Below are positions 18,504 through 29,047 of a stretch of 58,560 nt of DNA, piece after piece (within the stretch, counting starts at the first letter, position 1; each line of letters starts with the position of its first letter). The stretch is taken from positions 1-58,560 of the IMG/VR virus record IMGVR_UViG_3300009170_000007; one strand, written 5' to 3'. The stretch comes from a virus. Taxonomy: Duplodnaviria > Caudoviricetes. The notes beneath the pieces are model-generated. The model was not told where the DNA came from and ran no database searches. It was given only the letters and a program-made list of their open reading frames with translations. The position numbers and the translations under genes are program-made.

Positions 18504-19950
18504 GATTACGGCCTTTCATATAAGCGAGGGGTGACTTAGCCTGAGGAGGCAGTCGATTGGGTTGTCCCTTGTGACGACGAATACCCGCCATCATCTGGTT
18601 CAGTTGAGCAGCTCCAGCGTCGGTGTTTCCATCACCCAAGTGGGAGACAACGTCCGAAGGAACCACGAATTCACCCCCGGCCAGTTGAGCCGGAATAGCG
18701 TCGGCTTGACCACCAGAAGCGTGACGTACTAGTGAAGGGCTGAGAAACTGACCTCGTACAGGACCACCAGCGGCGTAATTGTGAGCTTGAATCAAACCGC
18801 CCTCACGCTTAGCTTTTCCAGTACTCTTCATGCGAGCAACCTTCCACTTCTCAGCGTCTTTACTACCTTGAGTAGATTTCGGACCAGTCTTTGGACCACC
18901 CATCAAAGCGGCCATCATCGCAGCCATGTTCAACGCGCCCATCGCACCGTTGGAAGTGGTTGTACCATCACGGTTTCGTGTAGGGGAATTACCCGAGACT
19001 CCAGCTCTGGTAGTTGGAGTTTGTGAGTTAGCCCCACCGCCTGAGGCACTGGCTTGACCACGATAACCTGACGTAGCACCAGCAGCACCAGATCCAGGAC
19101 TTCCAGGACGTTGAACACCATACAATGAGGGACGACCAGCAGCTAGGTTATTGGCAATACGCTCATCCTGATAATACTGTGGACCGTCTTCACCGAGCCA
19201 CCCAATGGCGTCATTGTTACGAATATCTTGGATGAAAGTGTCACCCGCATTGCTGGTACGATACTCGTACGGGTTCTGGTAGTCAGTTCCCTCAGTACCG
19301 AGCAAACCGACCACATCACCATTTTCATCCAGGTACGATTGGCTTGGACGCGTTCTAGGGTCATCCTCAAATGAGCCGACCGGCAACGCCCCATACAGAC
19401 CACTGCGCAAAAACTCAGGGCTGATCGACTGTGCTCTGGGCGCTCCGTACTCTGTCATCAATCGCTCAGCTTGATCGCGGTCAACAATCTCGCCTGTGGG
19501 CAGTTGAACCTGACCACCACCCATGTCGGCGAACTCAGACGTGGCGTCATTGAGCCTAGAGAGGTTCTGATTACCCTCTTGCAGTGCCGCCATGACCATC
19601 GGGTTGTTGTCGGAAAGCGCAGCGGTGTCAAACCCGTAGTTGCCCCCCGTAGTGAGTTCTGCGCCCAGAGGAATATCGCTGAAGGTATAAGGACTCATTC
19701 CACTGGTATCGAAACCAGTGTTGATGATAGAACCAAGATCACCGTCGAAAAGGTATTGATCGGAGTCAATTACTCCCATCCCTTGACCGAAGTCATTCAG
19801 ATAGTTGCCGATATCATTACCTTGTGAAATGTAATCATTCCACGAGGAATCAGGCTCAAATTCTGGGCCAGCGTATTCGCTTAGCCCATCATCGTAAGTG
19901 TAGTCGCTGACATACTCTGGCTCAGCATAATAATCATAATACTCATCCAT
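18496..19950 (-). CDS. Putative internal virion protein with very acidic N-terminus
   Basis: Likely start MDEYY at 19950; C-terminal YAAGGPV and DAIPAQLAGGEFVVPSDVVSHLGDG. Confidence 0.7.
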   Translation of the reverse strand: MDEYYDYYAEPEYVSDYTYDDGLSEYAGPEFEPDSSWNDYISQGNDIGNYLNDFGQGMGVIDSDQYLFDGDLGSIINTGFDTSGMSPYTFSDIPLGAELTTGGNYGFDTAALSDNNPMVMAALQEGNQNLSRLNDATSEFADMGGGQVQLPTGEIVDRDQAERLMTEYGAPRAQSISPEFLRSGLYGALPVGSFEDDPRTRPSQSYLDENGDVVGLLGTEGTDYQNPYEYRTSNAGDTFIQDIRNNDAIGWLGEDGPQYYQDERIANNLAAGRPSLYGVQRPGSPGSGAAGATSGYRGQASASGGGANSQTPTTRAGVSGNSPTRNRDGTTTSNGAMGALNMAAMMAALMGGPKTGPKSTQGSKDAEKWKVARMKSTGKAKREGGLIQAHNYAAGGPVRGQFLSPSLVRHASGGQADAIPAQLAGGEFVVPSDVVSHLGDGNTDAGAAQLNQMMAGIRRHKGQPNRLPPQAKSPLAYMKGRNHG

Positions 19951-22018
19951 TGCTTGTCTTCCTCTTCTTACGTGCCAGTTGTTTTCCAATAACGTCTGAA
20001 GCTAGGCGAGTACCAAACTGACCCAGTCCGGTACCAAACCCACCCATGTTGAGCCCACTGGGAGCCCCAAGATAGTTTCCTAGGTCATAGCCCGCAGCAT
20101 TTAGCCCGCCACCCAAAGCTCCGCCGAGCATGGCTTGACCCACGTCACCCTTTCGGAGAGCAGCGTTCAAACCGCCAGTCAATGCGCCAACCCCTGCGCC
20201 ACCGGCTAAATGCCCGAGCGTAGTGTCTGGGAGGTAAGCTCCAGCTAGTGAGTTTAGACCCGAACCAACCACGCCCGTTAGACCACCGATGAGCGCACCT
20301 TGACCACCACCATTGAGTGCTCCCCGCGCAGCACCAGTTCCAGCGCCAATTGCAGCTCTACCAACAGCCGGCGCCCATTCAGCCGAGGCTCCCAAGGCTG
20401 ATCCGATATCACCCGCGTAAGGAGCTATTCCCGCTCCGACCAGACTAACGCCCGCGTTGAGTGCGGCATTCTTCCAGTTTCCGGTGGTTGCCCCTTCCAT
20501 CAAGGCTACGGAACCGGGAGCAATATAGTTCAGGAGACCTTTGGTAAGGGTAGTCCCAACACGGGACATGAGGTCGCCACGTTTCCGATAGTCGCTGATG
20601 TTGGCATCATATTCGTCAGGCATAGTATAGCCGGCGAAACTAGATGCTTTGTCCACAGGGATGAAGTACTTATTCCCATCTAGACCATATGCGTTCTGTT
20701 TCCACCAATCTGCATCATTGATTGCTTGCCCTTGCTGCGAACCCCATGCAGCATGGAATGACCGGCGATCGCCGCCGTCATCATAACCTTCATGAGCTTC
20801 ACCTTCACTTTTCCTGGGGTCGTAGAACTGATTCTGATAGCCAATGACTTTACCAGTCTTGGGATTGATAACTGGGATCGAACCGACTAAGCCCCTTTCA
20901 CCCGAAACCAAGTCGGCCTTCTGGTTACCCGCCGTAGTAATCCTTGGTTTGACAAACTGGTCCCACATCCCACGATCATAGTTATTTTGTTGGCCCATGA
21001 ATCCAAGCATACCCCCAAGAGACATCATAGAGGCGGTGTTCTGCATCCACTGGGAAGGATCACTCGTGTCCATACCCTTGGACTGCATGTACTCCGCAAG
21101 ACCTAACTCATTGGGATCGCCTGAGTGTAGATTGGACAAACCATTATTGACCAGTTGTGAATACGCTTCTAGTCTATTAAGATCATCCCCAGCAAAGGAC
21201 TGTGTGTAAGCCTCCATTGCCCGTTGCGTAGCAAATTCCTCAGCCTCTTCTTGGGTGGCGAAGTTGTTATCCCTAGAACCAACAACATATCGGGTAGTAG
21301 ACCCGTTTGGATCAACCTCTCCAGGTTGATGCTGAGCCCGTAATGCTGCATGGACCGGGGCATAGTCACCAGTTTTTGCCGCCTCGAGCATGGCCCGATT
21401 AATCGCCCCTTGATAGTCAGGGATAGCCCAGTCGTTTAGGACTTGTCGGGTTTCCTGAGGGTATAGCCATGCGCTCTCATTAGCATAGGTGTCATACGGT
21501 ACAAACTCAGTGCGGCTATTGGGAAGTTCCTTCTCGCGAATACCCTTTTTACCCTGTTCTTTAATCAGGTTATTGATCGCAGTCTCTACGTCGTAGTATC
21601 CCACACCGATGACGTTTTTATCTTTGTCCAGGAGGTTATAGGAGTATCCATTACCTAGATCCTCCCGATCGTATCCAGCGTCACCAAACAGCATGTCTGC
21701 CCAAGTCAGAGCAGAACCTCCGCCCCCGCCACCAAAGGTAGTACCACGACGGTTGGCAATCTCTTGGATAGCACTAAGAGGGGCCACACCTAGTTTGGAG
21801 TAGGAATTGACGGGTGAAAACCCAACCTCACTTTTTACCTGCTGAAGAAGTCCAGAGTCGGTGATCTGATCTTCCCGAACCGTTCGCTGGCTCGCGGGTG
21901 CCATGAAGCTATTCGGTGTGGAACTGGTGTAGGAATTCGATCCTTGAGCGGAGTTACCCCCCACAAAGGAGTTGACTCCTTGAACCCCGTTGACACCTTG
22001 ATAGGAATTGATAGCCAT
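19943..22018 (-). CDS. Putative ejection protein with glycine-zipper C-terminus
   Basis: Long GxxxG-rich hydrophobic C-terminal region. Confidence 0.65.
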   Translation of the reverse strand: MAINSYQGVNGVQGVNSFVGGNSAQGSNSYTSSTPNSFMAPASQRTVREDQITDSGLLQQVKSEVGFSPVNSYSKLGVAPLSAIQEIANRRGTTFGGGGGGSALTWADMLFGDAGYDREDLGNGYSYNLLDKDKNVIGVGYYDVETAINNLIKEQGKKGIREKELPNSRTEFVPYDTYANESAWLYPQETRQVLNDWAIPDYQGAINRAMLEAAKTGDYAPVHAALRAQHQPGEVDPNGSTTRYVVGSRDNNFATQEEAEEFATQRAMEAYTQSFAGDDLNRLEAYSQLVNNGLSNLHSGDPNELGLAEYMQSKGMDTSDPSQWMQNTASMMSLGGMLGFMGQQNNYDRGMWDQFVKPRITTAGNQKADLVSGERGLVGSIPVINPKTGKVIGYQNQFYDPRKSEGEAHEGYDDGGDRRSFHAAWGSQQGQAINDADWWKQNAYGLDGNKYFIPVDKASSFAGYTMPDEYDANISDYRKRGDLMSRVGTTLTKGLLNYIAPGSVALMEGATTGNWKNAALNAGVSLVGAGIAPYAGDIGSALGASAEWAPAVGRAAIGAGTGAARGALNGGGQGALIGGLTGVVGSGLNSLAGAYLPDTTLGHLAGGAGVGALTGGLNAALRKGDVGQAMLGGALGGGLNAAGYDLGNYLGAPSGLNMGGFGTGLGQFGTRLASDVIGKQLARKKRKTSNG

Positions 22019-23751
22019 CAGCTTCTAACATCTCCAGGTTCAGTATGCAGGATCGTGCGACCCATCTCGTAGAACCCACTCAGGACATTACTAGAAAACC
22101 GAAGACGTATCAGCCTTCCTTGTTCGCGTAAATCTATTTTACCCGTGTTTGCGTCGATTGTAAATAGCTCGCTGTAAATATCCTCACCTTGAGGGAATTC
22201 ACGTGAGACCACTTGAAAGTCTAAGTGACCGGATAGCAGGAAATCGGGTTCGACGCGTACCATTCTGAGCCAACGGTTCAAACCTTTCTCTTGGTTCTTA
22301 CCAGGACCTCCGCAGGGGTAGCCAAAGTCACAGGTTTCGAAGAAGCTATGGATAGCGGTCTCATAATCACCAGCCACTTTATTCAAGCCCTTCTCGTGGA
22401 TAAAGGCTGAGTACAAGTGTGCTTGACTAGCCAACGTAGCTTCACCTGCACGGGATGTATTGTGAATCCCTTCTAGCATAATGAAACTCTCAGCGTCATT
22501 GGATAGTCTGACACTATAAAAGGTTCCAGTGATCGCGTAGACGTAACCAGTGGTACCTGACGTTGTTCCTGTGATGTTGTCACCGACAAGAAACGACCCG
22601 GATGACACAGTCAGGTTAAGTCGCAATGAACCACCAACATCGCTTGAATCTGCCATTACGGGGTAGTGAAAGACCTGTGAATAATACCCCGCCGACCGAG
22701 CTAGTTCACAGTCATACCAAGTCTTTTCACGAACATTGAAGATGATTGCGTGGGTACATTCAGTAGCCTCTCCACGAGGATAGAACCACCAGATTTCCCC
22801 GTAGCGTGGAATCTTCATCGCCCACACTTTTTGACGCTGAGCAAAGTTCAGGTTATCAAAGAACCAGTTGATGTTGTTGTCGTTAGGTAGTTCTTGAACC
22901 TGACCCCCAGAATAAACCAGGAACCGGTCAATACCAATCCAGAAATAACTTCCATCATACTCTATGACAGAATTCTGAGCCAGGATAGACGTTTGTGAAG
23001 AGAGGGTGGTGAATCGGAAAATCGCCGAGCCACCCACATACTGCATAGAAATGAGGGAGTCCAGCGACCAGAGCAATGCCCCCGGCCCGTTGCCGCCACG
23101 TAAGGGTAGTCCCTTAACGATCTTCGCACCAGTCACTCGGTCCTGGCCCGCATCACCAGTCGTTAAGGTTTGGGGTTGGTTGATGTCGGACCAACCTACC
23201 AAACCATCAGAACCGAAATAGACTAGATACGGGGCAATACACAAGACTCCCCCTGAAACGGTCAAACCCGTGATCGGTGCTAGTACAGTAGTGTCGTTGA
23301 TCAAACCCCAATAAACCTGCTTCTCATCGAGATTATCAATGTTCTGAAGTGAGTTGGTACCAACGGCAACAATGATGGTTCCCTGACTGCCAACGGCATC
23401 GTCGTACATTGAGTCAGCCGACCAGATGATGTTGTCATTGGCGGTGAAGCCAACTGGTGTGCGGTCATACGTAGCGTTACCTAGACCGTTTTGATCAACC
23501 AGTACGGTAGAAACCCCCTGTGAAGAAAAGGAATAAATGACGTTCATGAGGTCTCGTGACCACACATACATCAAGCGAATAGGTCCAGAAAGATTATCCG
23601 TGATAGCTTGATAACCGCCCATCTTCTTGGGTCGCCCTCGCTGGAATCTGACCCATTGACCGTCGCTATAAAAGTCGCCGTCAATCATGGTACCATCCCG
23701 ACGAATACCAGGAAGGACAGTTATTTGACTTAGTTCTTTGATTTCAGCCAC
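22018..23751 (-). CDS. Tail nozzle/hub protein (P22 gp10/T7 gp12-like)
   Basis: 577 aa, beta-rich; WVRFQRGRPKKMGG start, YGEIWWFYP, REQGRLIRLRF end; position. Confidence 0.7.
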   Translation of the reverse strand: MAEIKELSQITVLPGIRRDGTMIDGDFYSDGQWVRFQRGRPKKMGGYQAITDNLSGPIRLMYVWSRDLMNVIYSFSSQGVSTVLVDQNGLGNATYDRTPVGFTANDNIIWSADSMYDDAVGSQGTIIVAVGTNSLQNIDNLDEKQVYWGLINDTTVLAPITGLTVSGGVLCIAPYLVYFGSDGLVGWSDINQPQTLTTGDAGQDRVTGAKIVKGLPLRGGNGPGALLWSLDSLISMQYVGGSAIFRFTTLSSQTSILAQNSVIEYDGSYFWIGIDRFLVYSGGQVQELPNDNNINWFFDNLNFAQRQKVWAMKIPRYGEIWWFYPRGEATECTHAIIFNVREKTWYDCELARSAGYYSQVFHYPVMADSSDVGGSLRLNLTVSSGSFLVGDNITGTTSGTTGYVYAITGTFYSVRLSNDAESFIMLEGIHNTSRAGEATLASQAHLYSAFIHEKGLNKVAGDYETAIHSFFETCDFGYPCGGPGKNQEKGLNRWLRMVRVEPDFLLSGHLDFQVVSREFPQGEDIYSELFTIDANTGKIDLREQGRLIRLRFSSNVLSGFYEMGRTILHTEPGDVRS

Positions 23752-24132
23752 TTAGATCTCCAGGTACCCAAGACCCTTGATCGCCTTGAGTCTTCTGGGT
23801 GCATAATTGGTGTTGATGGTAATTGAAGCTGCGCCATTGATTGTCTCACCGGCAGGTGCTACAATGACTAAGTTGTTGCCTCCGGCTATACGACTGGAGG
23901 TAATGCGTTGTCCAGCGTTTGCACTGGGAAGATAGACATTGACTGTCCCTGAAGTGGTATCGGCGAAGATAAAGTCGACACTACCTGATGGGCTAAAGTT
24001 GGCGGTGATGAAGCGGGTATCTTCCAATTGCTGCATACGATGATACTGATCAAGCGTCACTGTATGCGGGTGAGAGTGAAAAGTAATTTCACCCCCCATG
24101 ATCAACTGAAGAAGTCGTTCTTGTACGTCCAT
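23752..24132 (-). CDS. Putative tail accessory protein
   Basis: DTTSGTVNVYLPSA...GETING beta-rich module. Confidence 0.6.
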   Translation of the reverse strand: MDVQERLLQLIMGGEITFHSHPHTVTLDQYHRMQQLEDTRFITANFSPSGSVDFIFADTTSGTVNVYLPSANAGQRITSSRIAGGNNLVIVAPAGETINGAASITINTNYAPRRLKAIKGLGYLEI

Positions 24133-24779
24133 TACTTGAGTCCCTTGTAAGGATTCAACCTTGACACGATACCAACAGACCGGTCGCGTATGTTAGATTC
24201 GGCTGTCAGGTTTGCGTGAGCCATTTGCAGCTTGTGTCCATAGACTCCGTAGAAGACGCGCTTTGGGTTGAACCACCATGCGTACGAAAACCGCAAGCAG
24301 TATCGCCTCTTCCCAGTGATCTTGTGGGTGGCCAGAATGAACTGCCAGCCGTGTTTGGTCTCGGAGACTTCTTGAATTCCACCGAGCAATTCGTAAATGT
24401 AGTCCTTGGCGTCAATGCCGAGAATGATGCGACCAAAATAATTGGCCGGATTTCGCACGGCCAACCACTCCCACATGGCGAGGAAGCTGGTGGCAGGGAG
24501 ACCATATCTGGCAAGCACGATCCTGTTCCAATCTCCGGTTGAATCCCCGAGCACGCCGTCGAACATATTGTCCCAAAGCAGGAACGGCTTCTTGAGTCTG
24601 CGGAGCGTCCATGTGCCGGGAGACTTGGTGAATTGCTTCGCGGTTTCCGGCTGATCGTTCGTGCCAAACAACAGGGCCACGACGACCATCGGCAACCCTA
24701 GTAGCGTCACACACATGCTGACAACAGAATTAACTAGTGTGCTGAGTATGAAGTGCGGGATATGATATAGATATCTCAT
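24132..24779 (-). CDS. Hypothetical membrane-anchored protein in tail-fibre cluster
   Basis: N-terminal hydrophobic segment; WDN..DG..GD and WLAVRNPAN motifs. Confidence 0.65.
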   Translation of the reverse strand: MRYLYHIPHFILSTLVNSVVSMCVTLLGLPMVVVALLFGTNDQPETAKQFTKSPGTWTLRRLKKPFLLWDNMFDGVLGDSTGDWNRIVLARYGLPATSFLAMWEWLAVRNPANYFGRIILGIDAKDYIYELLGGIQEVSETKHGWQFILATHKITGKRRYCLRFSYAWWFNPKRVFYGVYGHKLQMAHANLTAESNIRDRSVGIVSRLNPYKGLK

Positions 24780-24818
24780 TCTAATATACCAGCAGGGCGA
24801 GGGCGAGGAGGCGGGTCA

Positions 24819-25430
24819 CTACTTGCTCCAATTCACGGTGATGTTGCCGTTGTCGAACAGATCGACCTTGTTCTGAGTTGTGACTTGCAGCGTCGTCAAT
24901 TCTCCGGGCATTACTTTTAATCCGGCGGAGTCAAAACGCGCACCACTTGTGCCATTGAGTAGGTTGCCGAATCCGTACCAAACATTGTCGGCAGGATCAA
25001 CCCGATTAAGCGTAAGGACACCTGTGTGATTAGCAGCATCGGCAGACGTAGCAAAATTGAAACCACTGGTAGCTGCAATTGGGTTATTAAATACACCAGC
25101 TGGGACAAAGTTGATCATGTTGGTGTTGTAGTTGACGTTTTCCACACCACCCGCCCCGCCAAGCCGAACTGACAGGTTATTCGACCCGTTCGTACTGACC
25201 GCACGGAACAGCACCTCGATCTTCTTCGCACCCGCAGGGATCGTGAAGTTGATTTCGGTGCCGCTGGTGGATGCCTTTGTCTCCGAGCCGGAGTTCTGCG
25301 GAGCATCAAACAGGTACGGAGCCAGCGCCTTGATCGTCTTGGCCGTCGCGTCGATTTGCAGGGCATCTTCTGCTGTGGTGCCGATGGTGACTTTGGTGCC
25401 GTCGGCAGATGCTGAGAGTTTTGCGGTCAT
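24819..25430 (-). CDS. Putative tail fibre/receptor-binding subunit
   Basis: Beta-rich; TIPAGAKKIEVLF, C-terminal FDNGNITV. Confidence 0.6.
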   Translation of the reverse strand: MTAKLSASADGTKVTIGTTAEDALQIDATAKTIKALAPYLFDAPQNSGSETKASTSGTEINFTIPAGAKKIEVLFRAVSTNGSNNLSVRLGGAGGVENVNYNTNMINFVPAGVFNNPIAATSGFNFATSADAANHTGVLTLNRVDPADNVWYGFGNLLNGTSGARFDSAGLKVMPGELTTLQVTTQNKVDLFDNGNITVNWSK

Positions 25431-26047
25431 TAGTTCTGAATCTCCGTAATATCAACTATCAGGTTGCTGTAGTTCGCTGATCCTACTCCAGTCACATACC
25501 CCCCAAGCCCGAACTGTCTTGCGGTAAGCGTGGTATTTGTCAGAATCGCAGTACAAACACCAGAGCCTCCGGGTGAAATTCCGGTTCCTGCCCCGGAGAT
25601 GGCTGATAATGGAACAAGAGGACCAACTGGTGTTGCTATCGACCCCTCATAAATCCTCATGTGCCTTGAAAGATTAACGCCGGCAGCAGGCGATGGACCA
25701 GCAATTTGAGCAATGCCAACAACATAAAGCGTTGAGTTGGTACTTTTTGGTGTAATGCTTTTAAGTGTGTCGATGATATTGACCAGTGATACCGCAGAAA
25801 CGCCGGTTGTGCTTCCGCCGTCAAACACCAAACGCTGAATCACCTCGCCGGAAGCATAGACCCGTGGCGTGGCAGGAAACGCCACCTTCCCGTCCGCTGC
25901 CACAGTCATGATGTCTTGCGTCGTCGCACCCGCGTTGCCACGGGCGAGTTTCATCGTGCCGTTGTCAGCAGATGCGTCCAGCGTGAAGTTGTTGGCCGGG
26001 GTGACGGAGAGGCCCAGTTGGGCCTTGATTGCTTTGATTAGGCTCAT
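25430..26047 (-). CDS. Putative tail fibre/receptor-binding subunit
   Basis: AADGKVAFP, GEVIQ, SITPKSTNS, terminal ITEIQN. Confidence 0.6.
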   Translation of the reverse strand: MSLIKAIKAQLGLSVTPANNFTLDASADNGTMKLARGNAGATTQDIMTVAADGKVAFPATPRVYASGEVIQRLVFDGGSTTGVSAVSLVNIIDTLKSITPKSTNSTLYVVGIAQIAGPSPAAGVNLSRHMRIYEGSIATPVGPLVPLSAISGAGTGISPGGSGVCTAILTNTTLTARQFGLGGYVTGVGSANYSNLIVDITEIQN

Positions 26048-26048
26048 A

Positions 26049-26462
26049 TTAGTTTCTCAATTCAAAGACACTGAGCGTCGGCGATCCGCCGTAGTTAGTA
26101 TAACCAAGAACATAGGTTTCTCCAGCAGGAACGACGGCGGAACAAGTAGATGCACCACCAAGGCCGGAATTGCCGACGTTTCTTTCACGCGCAACAATGA
26201 GACCGCCAACCGTGATGTTAATATCAGCCCCAGAGGCACCAACCGTATCGCTTGCGATGAAATGTACCGTAATTGGCAGGCTAGTATTGTTGGTATAGGT
26301 TACACCCGGCGTCCGACTTCCGCTCACGTTCTGCCAAGTCTGAGCGTTCTGCGGAAACGCCACCTTCCCATCAGCGGCAATCGTGATCGCCACCGGGTCG
26401 CCATCGGCGGGGCGCAGTTGGGCGGTGTCAATACCGTTCGTTCCATCAATTTTAACTGTCAT
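26049..26462 (-). CDS. Putative tail fibre tip subunit
   Basis: AADGKVAFP, QTWQNVSGSR..GVTYTNNT..PITV...VPAGETY...FELR. Confidence 0.65.
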   Translation of the reverse strand: MTVKIDGTNGIDTAQLRPADGDPVAITIAADGKVAFPQNAQTWQNVSGSRTPGVTYTNNTSLPITVHFIASDTVGASGADINITVGGLIVARERNVGNSGLGGASTCSAVVPAGETYVLGYTNYGGSPTLSVFELRN

Positions 26463-28207
26463 ACAATACTCCAGACTGAACCAGATTCAACCGTGACGGT
26501 GAAACCACTATCCACTATCACAGGTCCGAAAGTGCCGCCATTCGTACCGGCCAGCACAGTGATGTTTTCCGAAATGTTCGTGTTGTTATAGAAGATTCCC
26601 TTGACCAGTGCTTGACCATACATCTGGCCTCCACCAATAGAGGTCCAGTTAACACCATTCCACCCTTCCCAACCCAGAAGCGTAGTGGAGAAGCGCATAC
26701 CACCAACTGTCGGTGATCCATCACGTTGAGCCGTGGTTCCTGACGGTAGCAGGGCAATCCCGGTGTTGCTGGTCTTCTGAACAGCGGTAGCCGCATCTTG
26801 CTTGAGAACAATTTCGGCTTCTAGTTCAGCCAGTGCAGCATTCAGTTCCGTGGCTACCAGACCACCTGATGCCGCAGTGGTGATCGTATTGTTCGCCGCA
26901 ACAATCGTCTTATTCGTCAGTGTTTGTGTAGCGGCGTTCAGGGTGAAAGTATCGCTAGAAACTGCCGGGATAGTGTGTTGTTGACCAGTGGTCGGACCAG
27001 CCTTAGCTGAAACGATTGGCGACGTCCCGTTGAAAGTGGTGCCTGTCGTATCGACGTGAGCAACATCAACACCGTTGATCGCGATACCAAGTCCCGCAGT
27101 GCTGTACTTATAGAGGCCAGTATTGGTCTTGGACGCGAAGTTGAGCGAGGGTGTAGAAACCGAACCGTCGATCAGTGAGATCGAAGTGGACGCAGAAACT
27201 GATTGAGCAGAATAGACGTTAGTGCTGTCGCAAATGGCTACGATACGTTGTCCCTGAGGTACGGCAACACCCGTTCCTAGTGCAGTCTTCACTGTCACAG
27301 TTTGCGCAGTAGACAACTGACTGAGAAGGTAATAAACTGCCACCACAGACGGAACAACCACCGTCACCCCTGCTGCGGGGTTCCCAATAAACGTTAGGAG
27401 CTTGTTGCTGGCTTCGGTTGGAGTCAGGGTGAAGGTACCGCCCGCCGAAACATCCAGGACCAGTTGAGTGAAGTTGTAGATTACCGACCGACCGTAACCA
27501 ACCGTGTACCACGACACACCCGAACAGAACAGGAGTAGCGATTCCCCTGGCTGAACTTCAAACGTCGAAGAACCGTCGATGAGTTCAGCACCGTAGGGGT
27601 TGATGGTTAGCGTACCAGTTCCCGAGTTACGAACAATAGTGAAGAAGTCGTCACCCAGAACTGAGGCTTGATCAAGCGCGCAGGTTGTTACGCCCCCGGT
27701 GAAGTTGACCAGTGATGCACGATGAGTAGCATCAAGCGTTAGACCCGCCCCGGTAGTCAGGATCGGGTGCGACTGGTTCAAGGTGTTGCCAATAGCCTTG
27801 ATACCGTAGCCCATCAATGTCGCAGCATCTACCGCAGAGGTGCCTACCCCAAATGCCACCGTACCCCATACACCCGCAGGGGTGGTATTGTCGGTAACAT
27901 AGAGATAGATCACCGAACTAGGTGCCACCGAAGCGATGGTTACACCCGTTGAACCTTTGACCGTGACGGTATTGGCACCAACGTTTCGGATAAGAATGTC
28001 TTGTCCAGGGGAAACATCATCCGCCGCTGGCATGATCATGGACAAACCGGCGGAAGCCGACACATCCATGATCGCCGAGATAAGATTGGCTGTCCCTTGA
28101 GAGGGCCAGTTGAACGTAGTGTCTGCAGTTAAGACTATTGCCTGATAACCATACTGCGACGGGGGAACGGTATTTACCCCAAAGACGTCGTTATAATTTT
28201 GGGTCAT
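26459..28207 (-). CDS. Tail fibre (proximal/adaptor) protein
   Basis: Repeated beta modules; LPSGTTAQR...MRF...WEGWNG; C-terminal GPVIVDSGFTVTVESGSVWSIV. Confidence 0.75.
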   Translation of the reverse strand: MTQNYNDVFGVNTVPPSQYGYQAIVLTADTTFNWPSQGTANLISAIMDVSASAGLSMIMPAADDVSPGQDILIRNVGANTVTVKGSTGVTIASVAPSSVIYLYVTDNTTPAGVWGTVAFGVGTSAVDAATLMGYGIKAIGNTLNQSHPILTTGAGLTLDATHRASLVNFTGGVTTCALDQASVLGDDFFTIVRNSGTGTLTINPYGAELIDGSSTFEVQPGESLLLFCSGVSWYTVGYGRSVIYNFTQLVLDVSAGGTFTLTPTEASNKLLTFIGNPAAGVTVVVPSVVAVYYLLSQLSTAQTVTVKTALGTGVAVPQGQRIVAICDSTNVYSAQSVSASTSISLIDGSVSTPSLNFASKTNTGLYKYSTAGLGIAINGVDVAHVDTTGTTFNGTSPIVSAKAGPTTGQQHTIPAVSSDTFTLNAATQTLTNKTIVAANNTITTAASGGLVATELNAALAELEAEIVLKQDAATAVQKTSNTGIALLPSGTTAQRDGSPTVGGMRFSTTLLGWEGWNGVNWTSIGGGQMYGQALVKGIFYNNTNISENITVLAGTNGGTFGPVIVDSGFTVTVESGSVWSIV

Positions 28208-28212
28208 GCGAT

Positions 28213-28827
28213 TTAACTCCTAACCGTTGCATCATCAGTAACACGCGACTGATCCTCTTTATTGATCGCCCCCATCGCACGATCATACAGACCTTGAAAC
28301 TCAGGGATACGCTCACTGGTCTTAAGGAAAGGCATGGCTTCCATCAGCGCCGCGTACAGAAGGAGTTGAGGCGCGTAACGGGTAGTCCAGTTGGTCTGAG
28401 TGGCCTCCGACAACGGCTCCGGCAATTCATAGTATTGAATTTCCATGGGGAATGACTGAACCGGCGACGGAGCAATAAACAGATGTTCGTAGTCATAGTC
28501 CGCGTAGTATAGAGGAACGTCAGTCAGTGTAGGATTGGGCCAATAAGAAACACAGTACTCGTAACTTCGGTTGTACAAGAATGTCTTTTGGCTATTCACC
28601 GTGATTGAGATACTTTTGGTTTTTCTCCATCTCACAGGCTTTTGTACGACATTACCGGTGAGGTTGCCAGATACGACACGCAGGAAACCGAAGGGCTTAT
28701 TCTCACTGGCAATGCGATTTTCAGCCAGAGCAATGAAGCGGGGGACTTGTGCCAAGAAAGGCTCATCAGTACGTTCGCAGTAAGTGATGATATCATTTAC
28801 CAAAGTGCTGTAGGTTGTTGCGGTCAT
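28213..28827 (-). CDS. Head-to-tail adaptor protein
   Basis: TYSTL..DI..Y, FIALAENRI, TNWTT..APQLLLYAALMEA. Confidence 0.7.
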   Translation of the reverse strand: MTATTYSTLVNDIITYCERTDEPFLAQVPRFIALAENRIASENKPFGFLRVVSGNLTGNVVQKPVRWRKTKSISITVNSQKTFLYNRSYEYCVSYWPNPTLTDVPLYYADYDYEHLFIAPSPVQSFPMEIQYYELPEPLSEATQTNWTTRYAPQLLLYAALMEAMPFLKTSERIPEFQGLYDRAMGAINKEDQSRVTDDATVRS

Positions 28828-29045
28828 TCTAGCGACTCATCTGGGCGAGGATAGCGTAGTGAAATGTTCTCGGTCTGGCGAGCAGGGAGACGGTACGGAT
28901 CTTTTTTGTCCCAACAACCTTTACACACTCGAAGCCCTGGTGAGTTACCATCTGACCGTAGTGCAGTGTATGGCATCTTCATATGGCACCTATCGCAGAC
29001 CGCGATAGCTAGATTAGAAGGACCGGTTGAGATATACTTAGGCAT
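28824..29045 (-). CDS. Small Cys4 zinc-binding virion-cluster protein
   Basis: AVCDRC...GLRVCKGCWD..DP...PRPD. Confidence 0.7.
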   Translation of the reverse strand: MPKYISTGPSNLAIAVCDRCHMKMPYTALRSDGNSPGLRVCKGCWDKKDPYRLPARQTENISLRYPRPDESLE

Positions 29046-29047
29046 GT

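Noticed and set aside
24819-26462. Diversity-generating retroelement or invertible tail-fibre switch
   Set aside because: No reverse transcriptase, invertase or adenine-specific TR/VR pair; shared DNA is only about 17 bp
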